Below, in pieces: positions 19,813 to 32,846 of a DNA stretch of 64,000 nucleotides. The stretch is from Vicinamibacteria bacterium (GTDB lineage: Bacteria; Acidobacteriota; Vicinamibacteria; Marinacidobacterales; Marinacidobacteraceae). Positions within the stretch are counted from its first letter, which is position 1. Each line of letters begins with the position of its first letter. The translations under genes were made by a program, and so were the position numbers. The notes below the pieces were generated by a model. The model was not told the origin of the DNA. It saw only the letters and a program-made list of their open reading frames with translations, and made no database searches. The stretch lies in assembly GCA_963422395.1 (NCBI GenBank), contig OY729431.1, positions 2,208,001-2,272,000 on the forward strand. Direction: 5' to 3'.

Positions 19813-20298
19813 ATGCAGAAGTTGCCTCTCTACTTCCGAATCTGGCAGCTCGTCTTCGGGAACGGCTTCGTGGCGAGCGTGGAGATCGTGGGCCGCGCCA
19901 CCGCCGCCGAAGACTTCGGCATCCTCTGGATCTACGGAGTGAACCCCGGAGGGATCGCCCAGAGCGGAGCCGATCTGGCTTCCGCTTACTCGAACTTCCG
20001 GCGCTGGTTCACCGAGGTCCTCTTCGATCTCGCGGAGATGGCGGGCGAATTCGAGGAATTTCGCCGAACCGCAGAAGGCTTCCTCCGCGCCACTGACGAC
20101 GACCGCGTGAGGGAGTGGCGAGCGGCTCGTCAGGCGATCCGGGAGGGAAATCGACCGGATCTGGAGGTGGTGATGAGAATCGAGCCGGACGACCTCGACA
20201 TCGAGTTCACCGCCGAAGACCTGACGGAGGCCATGCAGTCGCCGTCTCCGGAACTCAACCGGCTGCCTGACCTCACTCCAGCAGAGCTCGCGGCTTAG
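19813..20298 (+). CDS. Hypothetical protein, possibly HicB-like
   Basis: WIYGVNPGGIAQSGADLASAYSNFRRWFTEVL resembles the HicB beta-hairpin/helix pattern; ATG at 19813. Confidence 0.5.
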   Translation: MQKLPLYFRIWQLVFGNGFVASVEIVGRATAAEDFGILWIYGVNPGGIAQSGADLASAYSNFRRWFTEVLFDLAEMAGEFEEFRRTAEGFLRATDDDRVREWRAARQAIREGNRPDLEVVMRIEPDDLDIEFTAEDLTEAMQSPSPELNRLPDLTPAELAA

Positions 20299-20350
20299 CA
20301 GCAGCCCGTGCCGGCTCGGCGCGGGGCGGGACGGCGGGTGCGAAGCCCGC

Positions 20351-21010
20351 TCAGCGGCTGAGCAGGATTCCGAACACCCCGGTCAACGCCGCCAACAGCA
20401 CGAACAAGAACGCCCAGATCGCCCGGAGCTGGTTCGTCAACGAATCGAACTTGCCGCCCAGCGCCGCCACGCTGACCGCCAGCTCCTGAACCTGGGAAGT
20501 CAGCGTCGCAATCGCCGCGTCCGTCCGTTCAGCCTGCTTCGCAAGCGACGACTCCGTCCACTCGACATGCTTCGCAAGCGCCGCGTCCGCCCGTTCAGCT
20601 TGCTTCGCAAGCGCGGCGTCCGTCCGCTCGACATGTCTCCTGAGCAACGACTCCATTCGCTCGGCGTGTTCCGCGAGCGCTGTATCCATCCGCTTCGAAA
20701 TACGGGACTCCAGACCGGCGATCGCCGTGTCGGTGTACGCCTTCATCTGCGCGACCGCATTCTCCCCCGCCATGGCCCTGATCTCCTCGACCGCAGTATA
20801 GGCTGCCCCTGGTTCCCATCCCCGGACTAGCAGCGCGCGGAACAGCGCGCTCCGTTCCTTCCCCGAGGGAAGGGAGCCTCCGGAAGAAGTAGCGGCACGC
20901 GCTGCCGGCGAGACCGACTCCCGCGGCCCGGCAACGGGAGCCGCGGCGCCGAGTGCGACTGGCTTCGGTTTCAGTTCCGGTTTCGGCTGGTTCGGATCGA
21001 GGTGGGGCAT
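20351..21010 (-). CDS. C-terminally membrane-anchored coiled-coil protein with 11-residue repeats (DUF1640/CCDC90-like)
   Basis: Repeats ERTDAALAKQA/ERADAALAKHV/EWTESSLAKQA, followed by a C-terminal TM helix. Confidence 0.7.
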   Translation of the reverse strand: MPHLDPNQPKPELKPKPVALGAAAPVAGPRESVSPAARAATSSGGSLPSGKERSALFRALLVRGWEPGAAYTAVEEIRAMAGENAVAQMKAYTDTAIAGLESRISKRMDTALAEHAERMESLLRRHVERTDAALAKQAERADAALAKHVEWTESSLAKQAERTDAAIATLTSQVQELAVSVAALGGKFDSLTNQLRAIWAFLFVLLAALTGVFGILLSR

Positions 21011-21260
21011 GGGGGGTTCCTCCGCTGGGGTGAGAAAGCGTTCACGCTTCCACTACATACAGACGGAATTCCTGAGAATTTCTGCTCACCGAATCCATGC
21101 CCTTTTCCAGGAAATCGGAGCAAAACGGCCCGAAAGGGGCTCGAAAAAGAGCCGCGCCGCATCGTTCGGAGCCGGTTCGGAGACCTCCTCCCTCACTCCC
21201 TCCCCGAATTCCCCGGCGGCCGAGCCGTAAAGGCGCCCCGCCCCCGGCGCTGCCGCCGCT

Positions 21261-21668
21261 CTATCCGCCGGGCTGTCCGCAGACGGCGATGGCGTCTATC
21301 TCCACGAGGAAGCCGCTGCCGGGGAGCCGCTCGGGCTGGATCGTGGAACGGGCGGGGCGGTGGTCTCCGAACATGCGTTCGTACACCTCGTTCATCGCCT
21401 GGAACTCGTCCATGTCAGCGACGAAGACGCCGCAGCGGACGACCCGGTCGAGGCCGGAGCCGGCAGTTTCGAGGATCCGCGCCACATTCCGGAGCACCTG
21501 TTCGGTCTGGGCGGCGACTCCGCGCGGGGCGGCACCGGTGGCCGGGTCCACGCCGACCTGACCGGAGACGAAGACCAGGTTTCCGACCCGGACTCCGGGG
21601 CTGTACGGCCCGGCGGGCTTCGGGAGTCCGGGGCCGGCGATGAGGGTCATGCCATTTTCTATCGTCAT
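21261..21668 (-). CDS. RidA family reactive intermediate deaminase
   Basis: PAGPYSPG, VFVSGQVG, FQAMNEVY, RPARSTI, VEIDAIA. Confidence 0.9.
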   Translation of the reverse strand: MTIENGMTLIAGPGLPKPAGPYSPGVRVGNLVFVSGQVGVDPATGAAPRGVAAQTEQVLRNVARILETAGSGLDRVVRCGVFVADMDEFQAMNEVYERMFGDHRPARSTIQPERLPGSGFLVEIDAIAVCGQPGG

Positions 21669-22201
21669 TTTTCTCTTCTTTCGCGCCGGAGGTAGCGGCG
21701 CCGCACGACGCCCGGTTCGTCGGGGTCGGGAAGCGGAGGGCCCGCCTGCCAGCGGGTCTCGTCGATCGGGGGGAAGCGGACCGCGGTCTGCCCCGGAAGA
21801 AGGGCGATGCGGTCGGGAACGAAAGTGAGGTCGAGGAAGTCGGCGCAGCACATCGCGTCCTCGTAGATACGGGTTCCGCCGAGGAACCAGACCGCACCCT
21901 CGCAGACTGCGAGCGCTTCCGACAGCGAGCGGAAGGATTCGGCGCCCGCGACCGGGCCGCGGCTGATCACGATGTTCCGCCGCCGCGGCATCGGCCGCCG
22001 CGGAAGCGACTCCCAGGTGAGCCGCCCCACGATGATCGCCGCATCCCGGGTGAGCCGCCAGAGCCGGCGCCGGTCGCCGGGATGGTCCCAGGGGATCTCG
22101 CCGTCCACCCCGAGGATCCCCTCGGGCGAGACCGCCGCCATGCTAGCCCGGAAGGGGGGCGGCGGCAGCGCCTCGGAGTCGTCCATCCAGTCGGGGGTCA
22201 T
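21665..22201 (-). CDS. folA: Dihydrofolate reductase
   Basis: GVDGEIPWDHPGD, IVGRLTWESLP, RRNIVISR, FLGGTRIY; coupled to thyA. Confidence 0.88.
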   Translation of the reverse strand: MTPDWMDDSEALPPPPFRASMAAVSPEGILGVDGEIPWDHPGDRRRLWRLTRDAAIIVGRLTWESLPRRPMPRRRNIVISRGPVAGAESFRSLSEALAVCEGAVWFLGGTRIYEDAMCCADFLDLTFVPDRIALLPGQTAVRFPPIDETRWQAGPPLPDPDEPGVVRRRYLRRERREK

Positions 22202-23064
22202 ACGGCGACCGCGAAGGGGATGGCTGGATGCGGGTCGTAGCCGTCGAGCCGGAAGTGCGAAAGGATCTCGTCGGTGCCCCGGTCGAGCAGGGACATCACC
22301 CCGTCGAGCGAACGGACCGTCTCGGAGAGCTGCAGCCGTGGCAGCAGACGCGGCTCACGCTCGAGCTGTCGTTCGAGGCCGGGCACATGATCGAACTCGG
22401 CCATCGAGCCGTCGGCCTTTTTCGTATAGGCGTGGGCGTCCACCAGGGTATGGGCCATCACTCCCGGCCGGAATCCCGACCAGGCGGCGAACAGGTGCAG
22501 CAGCAGCGCATATCCGGCGATGTTGTAGGGCAGACCGATCGCGATGTCGCAGCTTCGCTGGGTGACATGGAGGTTCAGCCGCGGCTCGCCGCTCGGGTCG
22601 GGCAGCACCTGCAGCACGAACGCGAAGTGGCAGGGCGGCAGGGCGCTCCGGTGCGCGTTCTCCGGCGACCAGGCACTCACCACCAGCCGGCGCGACATCG
22701 GATCGCGGCGCAGTTCGTCGAGGACCCAGCGGATCTGGTCCGTCTCTCCACCGGGCCCCGGATGCCGCCGCCAGAGAGCGCCGTAAGCGCTGGGCACCGA
22801 GCCGTCTTCGCGCACCCACGGGTCCCAGAATCGGCATCGGTGCCTCCGCAGCAGGGCGGGCTTCGGCTCTCCGGACAGGAACCAGAGGTTCTCGATCACG
22901 ATGTTCTTCCAGTGGATCTTCTTCGTGGTCAGCAGCGGAAACCCGTCTTCGAGTGCGACCTGGTAGTCCACATGGAAGGCGGCGATGGTGTCCACCCCGG
23001 TGCGGTTCGGACGCCGGACGCCGGTTGTGAGCACCCGCCGCACGGTCTCGAGATAGGCCTTCAC
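22198..23064 (-). CDS. thyA: Thymidylate synthase
   Basis: NRTGVDT, FPLLTTKK, SRRLVVSAW, LPPCH, QRSCDIAIGLPYN. Confidence 0.95.
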   Translation of the reverse strand: MKAYLETVRRVLTTGVRRPNRTGVDTIAAFHVDYQVALEDGFPLLTTKKIHWKNIVIENLWFLSGEPKPALLRRHRCRFWDPWVREDGSVPSAYGALWRRHPGPGGETDQIRWVLDELRRDPMSRRLVVSAWSPENAHRSALPPCHFAFVLQVLPDPSGEPRLNLHVTQRSCDIAIGLPYNIAGYALLLHLFAAWSGFRPGVMAHTLVDAHAYTKKADGSMAEFDHVPGLERQLEREPRLLPRLQLSETVRSLDGVMSLLDRGTDEILSHFRLDGYDPHPAIPFAVAV

Positions 23065-23076
23065 TGCTCGCCTTCC

Positions 23077-24249
23077 TCAGAACGCCTCCCCGAGCGCGCC
23101 GCGGAGCGCCTCGACCAACGCTTCGAGGAATGCCTCGAGGTCCTGCTCGTCGTTGTAGAGGTGCGGAGTGACCCGGATGGTGCCGCCGCGGATGCTCACG
23201 AAGACCTGCCGCCCGGAGAGCACCGCGCGCACCCGGGAGAGATCTTCAGGGCCGCTCCCGGACGGAAGGCCGAGCGCCAGATAGTGCGGCGCGCGCCGCT
23301 CCGGCGCCGCTGCGGTACAGCCGAGCCGAGCAGCCCCCTCGGCGAGACGGGCGGTCTTCGGGGCCAGGGTCGCGGCGATGTTCGCGGGCCCCCAGGCGAG
23401 CACTTGCCGGGCGGCGGCGAGCGCCGCCGGAACGAGGGCGAAATTGGACCGTCCCCCGCAGTCGAAGCGGCGGGCGCCCGGCTGCCGCTCCTCGGTGTAG
23501 TCCACCAGACGCGCGAACTTCCGCGCGTTCGCCCGCTGGATCCAGTTGTGCTCGAGGGGTTCCGCCTCGAGGTGCCCGGGCGCCGCCCGAAGGTAGCCGA
23601 GCGAATAGGGCGCCATGAGCCACTTGTAGGCCGCCCCGGCCACGAAGTCGGGGCGGATCGCCTCGCAATCGAACGGCAGCGCCCCGAGCGACTGGGTGGC
23701 GTCCACCACCAGGGCCGCGCCGGCGGCGCGCGCCGCCGCGCCGATCCGAACCAGGTCGAAGATCCCCCCGTCGGTCCAGTGCACCTGCGGCAGCGCCACG
23801 ATCGCGGTTCGCTCGCCGATCCGGTCGAGCACCGCCCGTGTCCAGTCGCCGTCCTCCGGACGCGGCACGAAACGGACCTCTCCGCCGGTGCGGCGCGCTT
23901 TCGCGGTCCACGGATAGACATTCGAGGGGAACTGTTCGGAAGCGAGCAGCACTTCCTCGCCGGTTTCGAGCGGCAGCGCATTCGCCGCGAGCGAGATCCC
24001 GTAGCTCGCCGAGGGGGTGAGGGCCACGGTTTCGGGAGAAGCCCCGAGGATCTGCGCCCACGCGGAACGGAGCGCCTCGCAGTCGTCGAAGAAGTCGTCG
24101 GAGGCGATCTTCCACGGCCGCGCCTTCTGCCGGAGGCCCGCGCTCCCTGCCTCGGCCACCCGGTGCATCAGCGGCGACATGTAGGCGCAGTTGAGCCAGG
24201 CGACCTCGCGCGGGATGTCGAAGAGGCCGCGCTGCGAAGGAAGGATCAC
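23077..24249 (-). CDS. Class V PLP-dependent aminotransferase (cysteine desulfurase/kynureninase-like)
   Basis: WLNCAYMSP, QFPSNVYPW, VVDATQSLG, AAYKWLMAP, IRVTPHLYN. Confidence 0.85.
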   Translation of the reverse strand: MILPSQRGLFDIPREVAWLNCAYMSPLMHRVAEAGSAGLRQKARPWKIASDDFFDDCEALRSAWAQILGASPETVALTPSASYGISLAANALPLETGEEVLLASEQFPSNVYPWTAKARRTGGEVRFVPRPEDGDWTRAVLDRIGERTAIVALPQVHWTDGGIFDLVRIGAAARAAGAALVVDATQSLGALPFDCEAIRPDFVAGAAYKWLMAPYSLGYLRAAPGHLEAEPLEHNWIQRANARKFARLVDYTEERQPGARRFDCGGRSNFALVPAALAAARQVLAWGPANIAATLAPKTARLAEGAARLGCTAAAPERRAPHYLALGLPSGSGPEDLSRVRAVLSGRQVFVSIRGGTIRVTPHLYNDEQDLEAFLEALVEALRGALGEAF

Positions 24250-24254
24250 GGAGC

Positions 24255-24441
24255 TTAACAGCCTGTGGACAAAGTCACACGGCCGTCGACCGGCGATGCA
24301 TCCCGGCTGAACCGCCCCGTTTCACGGGGCTCATCGTTGCGTTTCGCTCGAAATACACCCGGTATTCCTCCCTCACGCGCCTTGCCAGCCGGGCGCCTCA
24401 CCGCTCTTTGAGCTCGCGCCACTTTATCCACAGGCTGTTAA
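24255..24441. mobile_element. MITE-like non-autonomous element (187 bp) with terminal inverted repeats and TTAA flanks
   Basis: Left end TTAACAGCCTGTGGACAAAGT and right end ACTTTATCCACAGGCTGTTAA (21 bp IR including TTAA, 1 mismatch); related ends at 30916, 46141-46175, 59378 and 60681-60729. Confidence 0.75.
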
Positions 24442-24490
24442 CGAACTCCCGCTCTCCCGCGCATCACTCTCGCCCGCATCTCCCTCTGCG

Positions 24491-25363
24491 TCAGCGGCTG
24501 CCGGAGCGCTCGACCGCGAGTTCGGCTAGGAGCTCGCGGACCCGGCGAACGGTCGTATCGACCTTGAAGGCGATGCCCCGTTCGCCGAACGCGCGCGAAG
24601 CGAGCGTCGGGTCGCCCCGGACGCCGCTTCCGGGAAAGCCGCCGTCCTTCACCCGCGCCTCGGGCCGGATCTGTTCCGGGGCGACGAACCAGAGCTGGGA
24701 GGTGTCGGTCACCCCGGCATGGCGGCCGATGGCTTCCTCGTCGAGGCCCGGTCGTTCCAGGAGCCACTCCCGGAAGCCGTTGGAGCGGTAGTACTCGGGG
24801 ATGTAGAGCACCCGCGCCGGCTCCCCGGCAGCCCGCCATTCCTCGTTCAGCGCCGAAGCGGCCGTTTCCATGCCGCGCTGGTTGCCGCCGCTGTCGCCGA
24901 TGAAGATCACATTCTCGAAGCCGTGGACCTGGAAGCTGCGGGCGGCGTATTCGAGAACCGCCATGAAGTGCTCCTCGGGCAGCGTGATCGCTCCGGCATA
25001 GCGCATGTGGCCGGAGGGCGGCGACAGGTTCCCTTCGGGCACATACGCCATCACCGGCGCCACCAGCGCGCCGCCGAGTTCGCGGGCGATCCGTTCGGCG
25101 GTTGCCCGGATGATGAAGTTGTGCTTTCCGAGCACCATGTGCGGTCCGTTCTGCTCGGTGCCGCCAGTGGGAACGATCACCGAACGGGTCCCGGCCCGCA
25201 CCCGAGCGGCGACCTCCGTCCAGGTCAGCTCCTCGACGAACACGGTGTCGGGGCCCGGGCCCGCGTCCGGCGGCGCCGGAACCGTCTGCGAGGCGGCCGC
25301 GGCGGAAACGGCGAGGGCCGCTGCCAGACAGGCGGGGAGAAGAGAGGAAGAAGAACGGGGCAT
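24491..25363 (-). CDS. Creatininase family protein with signal peptide
   Basis: EELTWTEV, PTGGTEQNGPHM, GDSGGNQ, HAGVTDTSQL. Confidence 0.85.
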   Translation of the reverse strand: MPRSSSSLLPACLAAALAVSAAAASQTVPAPPDAGPGPDTVFVEELTWTEVAARVRAGTRSVIVPTGGTEQNGPHMVLGKHNFIIRATAERIARELGGALVAPVMAYVPEGNLSPPSGHMRYAGAITLPEEHFMAVLEYAARSFQVHGFENVIFIGDSGGNQRGMETAASALNEEWRAAGEPARVLYIPEYYRSNGFREWLLERPGLDEEAIGRHAGVTDTSQLWFVAPEQIRPEARVKDGGFPGSGVRGDPTLASRAFGERGIAFKVDTTVRRVRELLAELAVERSGSR

Positions 25364-25467
25364 AACGGGAATGTACTACCCTCTCAGAGGAGGGTGCGCC
25401 GCCGCGTTCAAGCCCCGAGCCGCGCGCCGATGAAGCCGCGAAAACCCGCGGAAGGAATGAAATGAGG

Positions 25468-26001
25468 TCAGGCGGGAAGCGGTTCGGGCGGGGGCTTCCC
25501 GCCGGCGGGGGGGGTCTCGGTAGCTCGCTGGAAGGCTTCGACGATCCGGTTCTGGCGGAGGAGGGCGAGGCCGACCACCACCAGGGCCGCCAGGGTGAAG
25601 GCGAGCACCAGATACGCAGCCCCGGAGTGGATGCCCGGCGGGAAAGCCCGCGTGTGCGCCCCGCCGCCGAGGATGAAGGCCACCATCGGCAGCGCCATCC
25701 CGCCGAGCCCCCAAGGGGCGGCGCCCGCCTTGAGGCGGCGGCTGCGGGCGAGCAGCGCCGCGCCCCGGGGGTCTCCCGAGAGCGCGGGCGGCCCGCTCTC
25801 CCCCGCCAGCGCCTTCCGGAGCATGCTGGTCATCGCCGCCAGATAGAAATAGCTCATGGTGTGGGCGAACACCACCAGCAGCACCGAGAGCAGGCCGGAC
25901 CAGATGTGGGTCGCCAGCGAGCCCGAACCGAAGCCGCCGAAACAGGTGAAGGCGAAGGCCGCGAGGCCCAGCGCGTGGACGGTCAGCAGTCCGAGGACCA
26001 T
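25468..26001 (-). CDS. Hypothetical 4-TM membrane protein
   Basis: Four hydrophobic segments with spaced His residues; co-directional with neighbours. Confidence 0.65.
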   Translation of the reverse strand: MVLGLLTVHALGLAAFAFTCFGGFGSGSLATHIWSGLLSVLLVVFAHTMSYFYLAAMTSMLRKALAGESGPPALSGDPRGAALLARSRRLKAGAAPWGLGGMALPMVAFILGGGAHTRAFPPGIHSGAAYLVLAFTLAALVVVGLALLRQNRIVEAFQRATETPPAGGKPPPEPLPA

Positions 26002-26115
26002 GCCGAAAACCCTGTCGGAAATGCCGCCGGGGCCCGCAACGGGAACGAGGTCGGGAACGCCGTCGAAAACTGCAACAGAAAACCGGCCGCCCCGGGCACC
26101 GACCCCATCGGAACC

Positions 26116-27546
26116 TCACGCATCGGTAGGCTCTTCTTCGGTGTCGAAATCGGGCACGACGAGTTCGCTGCGGCGGCGGATGAGATCGATGAAGTCGTGG
26201 AGGAACGAGACCACCTCGTCGTTCGAGAGGCCGTGAGAACGGGCCAGCTCTTCGATGTCGCCCGCACCCAGTTCCGCCTGATACGCCGATACCGCCTCGG
26301 GGCCGAACTTCTCGACCAGCGCGCCGAGCAGGGGCTTCGCCAAGGCTGGCGGAAGCGCGCCGACGATAGTTTTCGGTGGGGCCTTCGGAAGGACCTTCGG
26401 CGGCCGACTCCCGGAGCCCGCCGCCTCCCTGTTCGTCGGCGCTCTACCCATCGGCGCTCTGCCCATCGGCTCCCTGCCCGCCGCTCCCGCCATCCCCGCC
26501 ATCGGGGCGATGGGCGGCAGCTTCGCCAGCGGGTCTTCCCCGCGCCCCACCTCGGGACCCGTCGGCTCCCGGTCGAGCTGCAGCCGGACGACATCCCAGC
26601 GGCTGTAGTGGCCCATGCAGTCGAAGACATTCTTGGCGACGATCCGGTCGGCGAGGTCGAGGTCGGCGATCACCAGGCCTTCCTCGCCGAAGAGCGGCTC
26701 CGCCGCGTAGGTCCCGAAGGGAGTGGCGATCGCACTGCCACCCATCGCCCACTTCCAGTTCGTGGTCTTCTTGTAGGGAAAGTCGTCCGGCACCTGATCC
26801 TCGGACAGATACATCGAGGCCGAAACCACGAAGGTCTGGGTCTCGAAGGCGTATTCGCGCACCGCGGCGTCCTGGTCGGAGTGGTGGAGCGGATAACGGG
26901 TCCCGGTCATGTCCCGGACGGTGTTCCCCATTCCTCCGTAAGCCCAGTACCCCGGCCAGCAGGCGGCGTGGACCTCCTCGCCCTTCGTCGCCATCGCCGC
27001 CTTCAGCAGCGTCATGTGGTTCTCGAAGCAGATCAGCCCGCCGAGCACCCCGAACGGGGTGTCGAAGACCCGCAGGTCGCTCGCGTCGCCGCGGCCCCAG
27101 AAGATGCGCTCCTGGTGGGTCGGCATCAGCTTTCGGTGCCGGCCCATGATCTGCCCGTCCGGCCCCAGGAAGAGCATCGTGTTGTAGAGAGTCCGCGACC
27201 CCGGCCGATCGTCCTGCTCGTTCAGACCGATCACCGCGGTGAGGCCCGCCGAGCGGACGGCCCGGCCGAGCGCCTCGGTCTCCGGCCCCGGGATCCGCAC
27301 CGCGCCTTCGTAGAAGGCGAGCACGGTCTCCTTCCACTGGCGCGCCGATTCGGGATCGGTATAGCCGAAATTGTTGCGCCAGTAGGGATAAGCGGGGATC
27401 CCGGTCTCCGGGGTCACGATGAGTTCCACCCCCTGCTTCCCGGCCGCGGCGATGGTCTCCGCATACTTCTCGACGCTCGCCTTGCGGTCCATGAAGACGG
27501 GGCTGATCTGGGCGGCGCAGGCGCGCAGAGTTCGCTTTTCGGTCAT
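26116..27546 (-). CDS. Nitrilase-type carbon-nitrogen hydrolase with C-terminal extension
   Basis: Catalytic triad in PETG (E), HRKLMPT (K) and LICFENH (C); DCMGHYSRWDV tail, then a linker and an extra helical region. Confidence 0.88.
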   Translation of the reverse strand: MTEKRTLRACAAQISPVFMDRKASVEKYAETIAAAGKQGVELIVTPETGIPAYPYWRNNFGYTDPESARQWKETVLAFYEGAVRIPGPETEALGRAVRSAGLTAVIGLNEQDDRPGSRTLYNTMLFLGPDGQIMGRHRKLMPTHQERIFWGRGDASDLRVFDTPFGVLGGLICFENHMTLLKAAMATKGEEVHAACWPGYWAYGGMGNTVRDMTGTRYPLHHSDQDAAVREYAFETQTFVVSASMYLSEDQVPDDFPYKKTTNWKWAMGGSAIATPFGTYAAEPLFGEEGLVIADLDLADRIVAKNVFDCMGHYSRWDVVRLQLDREPTGPEVGRGEDPLAKLPPIAPMAGMAGAAGREPMGRAPMGRAPTNREAAGSGSRPPKVLPKAPPKTIVGALPPALAKPLLGALVEKFGPEAVSAYQAELGAGDIEELARSHGLSNDEVVSFLHDFIDLIRRRSELVVPDFDTEEEPTDA

Positions 27547-27556
27547 GGCTTTCCCG

Positions 27557-30886
<3,330 letters not shown>

Positions 30887-30915
30887 CTCCCCACCCGGCG
30901 AACGGGTGCAGAATT

Positions 30916-31205
30916 CTAGCAGCCCGTGGATGGAGCAGCCGACTGCGGCTCAAAAAACATGCTGCGACCGAGGCTGTGCCTCGGGCGCGTCGCAGCGGGG
31001 GAATGTGTGAAAGGGGGGGAATCCCCCCTTTCACAAAACAGCAACTCCGAAGACGGACTCGCTGCCGGAGGCAGCGAGTCCGTCTTCACGGCGCGGAGCG
31101 CCGGGCGGTTCGGGAGCGGGGCATTCCCCCCCCTCTCTTCCCACGAGAGTGCGAGACACGACCCGAAACCCCCGCCCCGTTCCCGGACCGCACAGCCCGG
31201 GAACG
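30916..31205 (-). repeat. Structured interspersed repeat, copy A, with a MITE-type end (CTAG)
   Basis: Hairpins CCGAGGC-tgt-GCCTCGG, TGTGAAAGGGGGG..CCCCCCTTTCACA and GAAGACGGACTCGCTGCC-gga-GGCAGCGAGTCCGTCTTC; reverse orientation relative to copies at 45.8 and 58.8 kb. Confidence 0.8.
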
Positions 31206-31224
31206 GCGTCCACCTCTCAGCCTC

Positions 31225-31614
31225 TCAGCCGCCTTCGGAGGCGAGATACTCCGCGTAATCTGCCGCGGAGAGGAGCGGCGCGAGCGCGCTCTCGTCTTCG
31301 AAGCGGATCCGGAACAGCCAGCCGTCCCCGTAGGGGTCGGCGTTGATCCGTTCCGGAGAGGCTTCGAGCGCCTGGTTCCCTTCGGTCACCACCCCGGCGA
31401 CCGGGCAGAAGATCTCGGAGACGGCCTTCACCGACTCGACGGTTCCCACCGCTTCTCCGGCGCCCACGGCAGAGTCGGGAGCGGGGAGCTCGACATAGAC
31501 GATGTCTCCCAGCTCTTCTTGGGCATGGTCGGTGATTCCGATGGCGGCGGTGCCGCCGCCTTCGAGACGGAGCCACTCGTGCTCCTTGCTGTAATAGAGG
31601 CCGCTTTCGATCAT
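31225..31614 (-). CDS. gcvH: Glycine cleavage system H protein
   Basis: YSKEHEW, GITDHAQEELGDIVYV, VESVKA (lipoyl-Lys), DPYGDGW. Confidence 0.95.
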   Translation of the reverse strand: MIESGLYYSKEHEWLRLEGGGTAAIGITDHAQEELGDIVYVELPAPDSAVGAGEAVGTVESVKAVSEIFCPVAGVVTEGNQALEASPERINADPYGDGWLFRIRFEDESALAPLLSAADYAEYLASEGG

Positions 31615-31637
31615 TCGGGCTCTCCGAGGGAGATTCT

Positions 31638-32780
31638 TCAGGTCTTCGCCGGCCCGGCGAGTTTCTTCCGGGTCGCCGCCGCCGGCCGCTCGGGCCGACG
31701 ATAGAACGGGGTGGGCACGACCTCGGCCGGAACCGGGCGGCCGCGGATCTCCACATCGAACCGCTGTCCCGGCTCGGCGACGGCAACCGGAAGATACCCG
31801 AGACCGATGCTCTTTTCCAGGAATGGGGCGTAGCCGCCGCTCGTGACCGATCCGAACCGCTCGCCGTCCACTCGGATGGGATAGCCGCGGCGGGGGATCC
31901 CTCGGCCCCGCAGTTCGAAGCCGACCAGCTTGCGCCGGATCCCTTGCTCTCGCTGGGCGAGGAGCGCGGCGCGCCCGGTGAAGCCGCCCTTCCCGAACTT
32001 CACCATCCAGCCGAGATCGGCTTCGAAGACGGTGTGTTCCTCGTCGATGTCCTGCCCGTGGAGCGCCATCTTCGCCTCGAGCCGCAGCGTGTCGCGGGCG
32101 CCGAGCCCGGCCGGAATCAGCCCCTCGCCCTCCCCGGCGTCGAGCAGGTGGTGGGCTGCCGACTCCGCCTCGCCGGCCGGGAGCAGGATCTCGAAGCCGT
32201 CCTCGCCGGTGTACCCCATCCGCGCAACGGTGGCGGGCACCCCGGCCACCCGCCCTTCGGCGAAGCGGTAGTAGCGGATCCGGGGCAGATCCAGATCGGT
32301 CAGCGGCGCCAGGATCGCTTCGGCGCGCGGCCCCTGCAGCGCGAGGAGCGCGAAATCGCCGCTGCCGTCGCGGACCGCCGGGTCCGCCGCCCGCCGCCCG
32401 CCGCGCTCGCGAACCCACTCGAGGTCGCGGGCGGTGTTCGCCGCGTTCGTGACCACCAGGAACGACTGCGCACCGCGCCGGTACACCACGATGTCGTCGA
32501 GGAAGCCGCCGGATTCGGTGGTGAGTGCCGAGTACTGCGCCCTGCCGACCGCGAGGCGGGAGACATCGTTGGGAGTGAGCGACTGCAGCAGAGGGAGCGC
32601 GTCCGGCCCTTCGAAAAGCAGCTCGCCCATGTGGCTGACATCGAAGAGTCCGGCCCGCTGCCGCACCGCCCGGTGTTCTGCCGCTACCCCGGAGAACTGG
32701 ACCGGCATCTCCCAGCCGGCGAACGGAACGAAACGACCCCCGAGCTCCCGATGGAGGCGGTGGAGCGGGGTGCGGCGCAA
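31638..32780 (-). CDS. gcvT: Glycine cleavage system aminomethyltransferase T
   Basis: FAGWEMPVQF, GLFDVSHMGE, GYTGEDGFE, GLGARDTLRLEA. Confidence 0.95.
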   Translation of the reverse strand: MRRTPLHRLHRELGGRFVPFAGWEMPVQFSGVAAEHRAVRQRAGLFDVSHMGELLFEGPDALPLLQSLTPNDVSRLAVGRAQYSALTTESGGFLDDIVVYRRGAQSFLVVTNAANTARDLEWVRERGGRRAADPAVRDGSGDFALLALQGPRAEAILAPLTDLDLPRIRYYRFAEGRVAGVPATVARMGYTGEDGFEILLPAGEAESAAHHLLDAGEGEGLIPAGLGARDTLRLEAKMALHGQDIDEEHTVFEADLGWMVKFGKGGFTGRAALLAQREQGIRRKLVGFELRGRGIPRRGYPIRVDGERFGSVTSGGYAPFLEKSIGLGYLPVAVAEPGQRFDVEIRGRPVPAEVVPTPFYRRPERPAAATRKKLAGPAKT

Positions 32781-32846
32781 CGGGCTGATCTGGGGTGTGG
32801 GATGGATGTAGCTGAGGGAGAGCGGGCTGCGGGTCAGGGCTGCGGG

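Noticed and set aside
21098-21118. Short motif similar to 33364-33384, upstream of both 11-residue-repeat genes
   Set aside because: Too short and degenerate, with inconsistent spacing to the start codons.
24424-24432. DnaA box as a sign of oriC
   Set aside because: It is embedded in a MITE inverted repeat; there is no box cluster, AT-rich unwinding element or dnaA context.
30916-31205. Glycine riboswitch upstream of gcvP
   Set aside because: The structured region belongs to the dispersed repeat family also found beside unrelated genes; no glycine aptamer consensus recognised.
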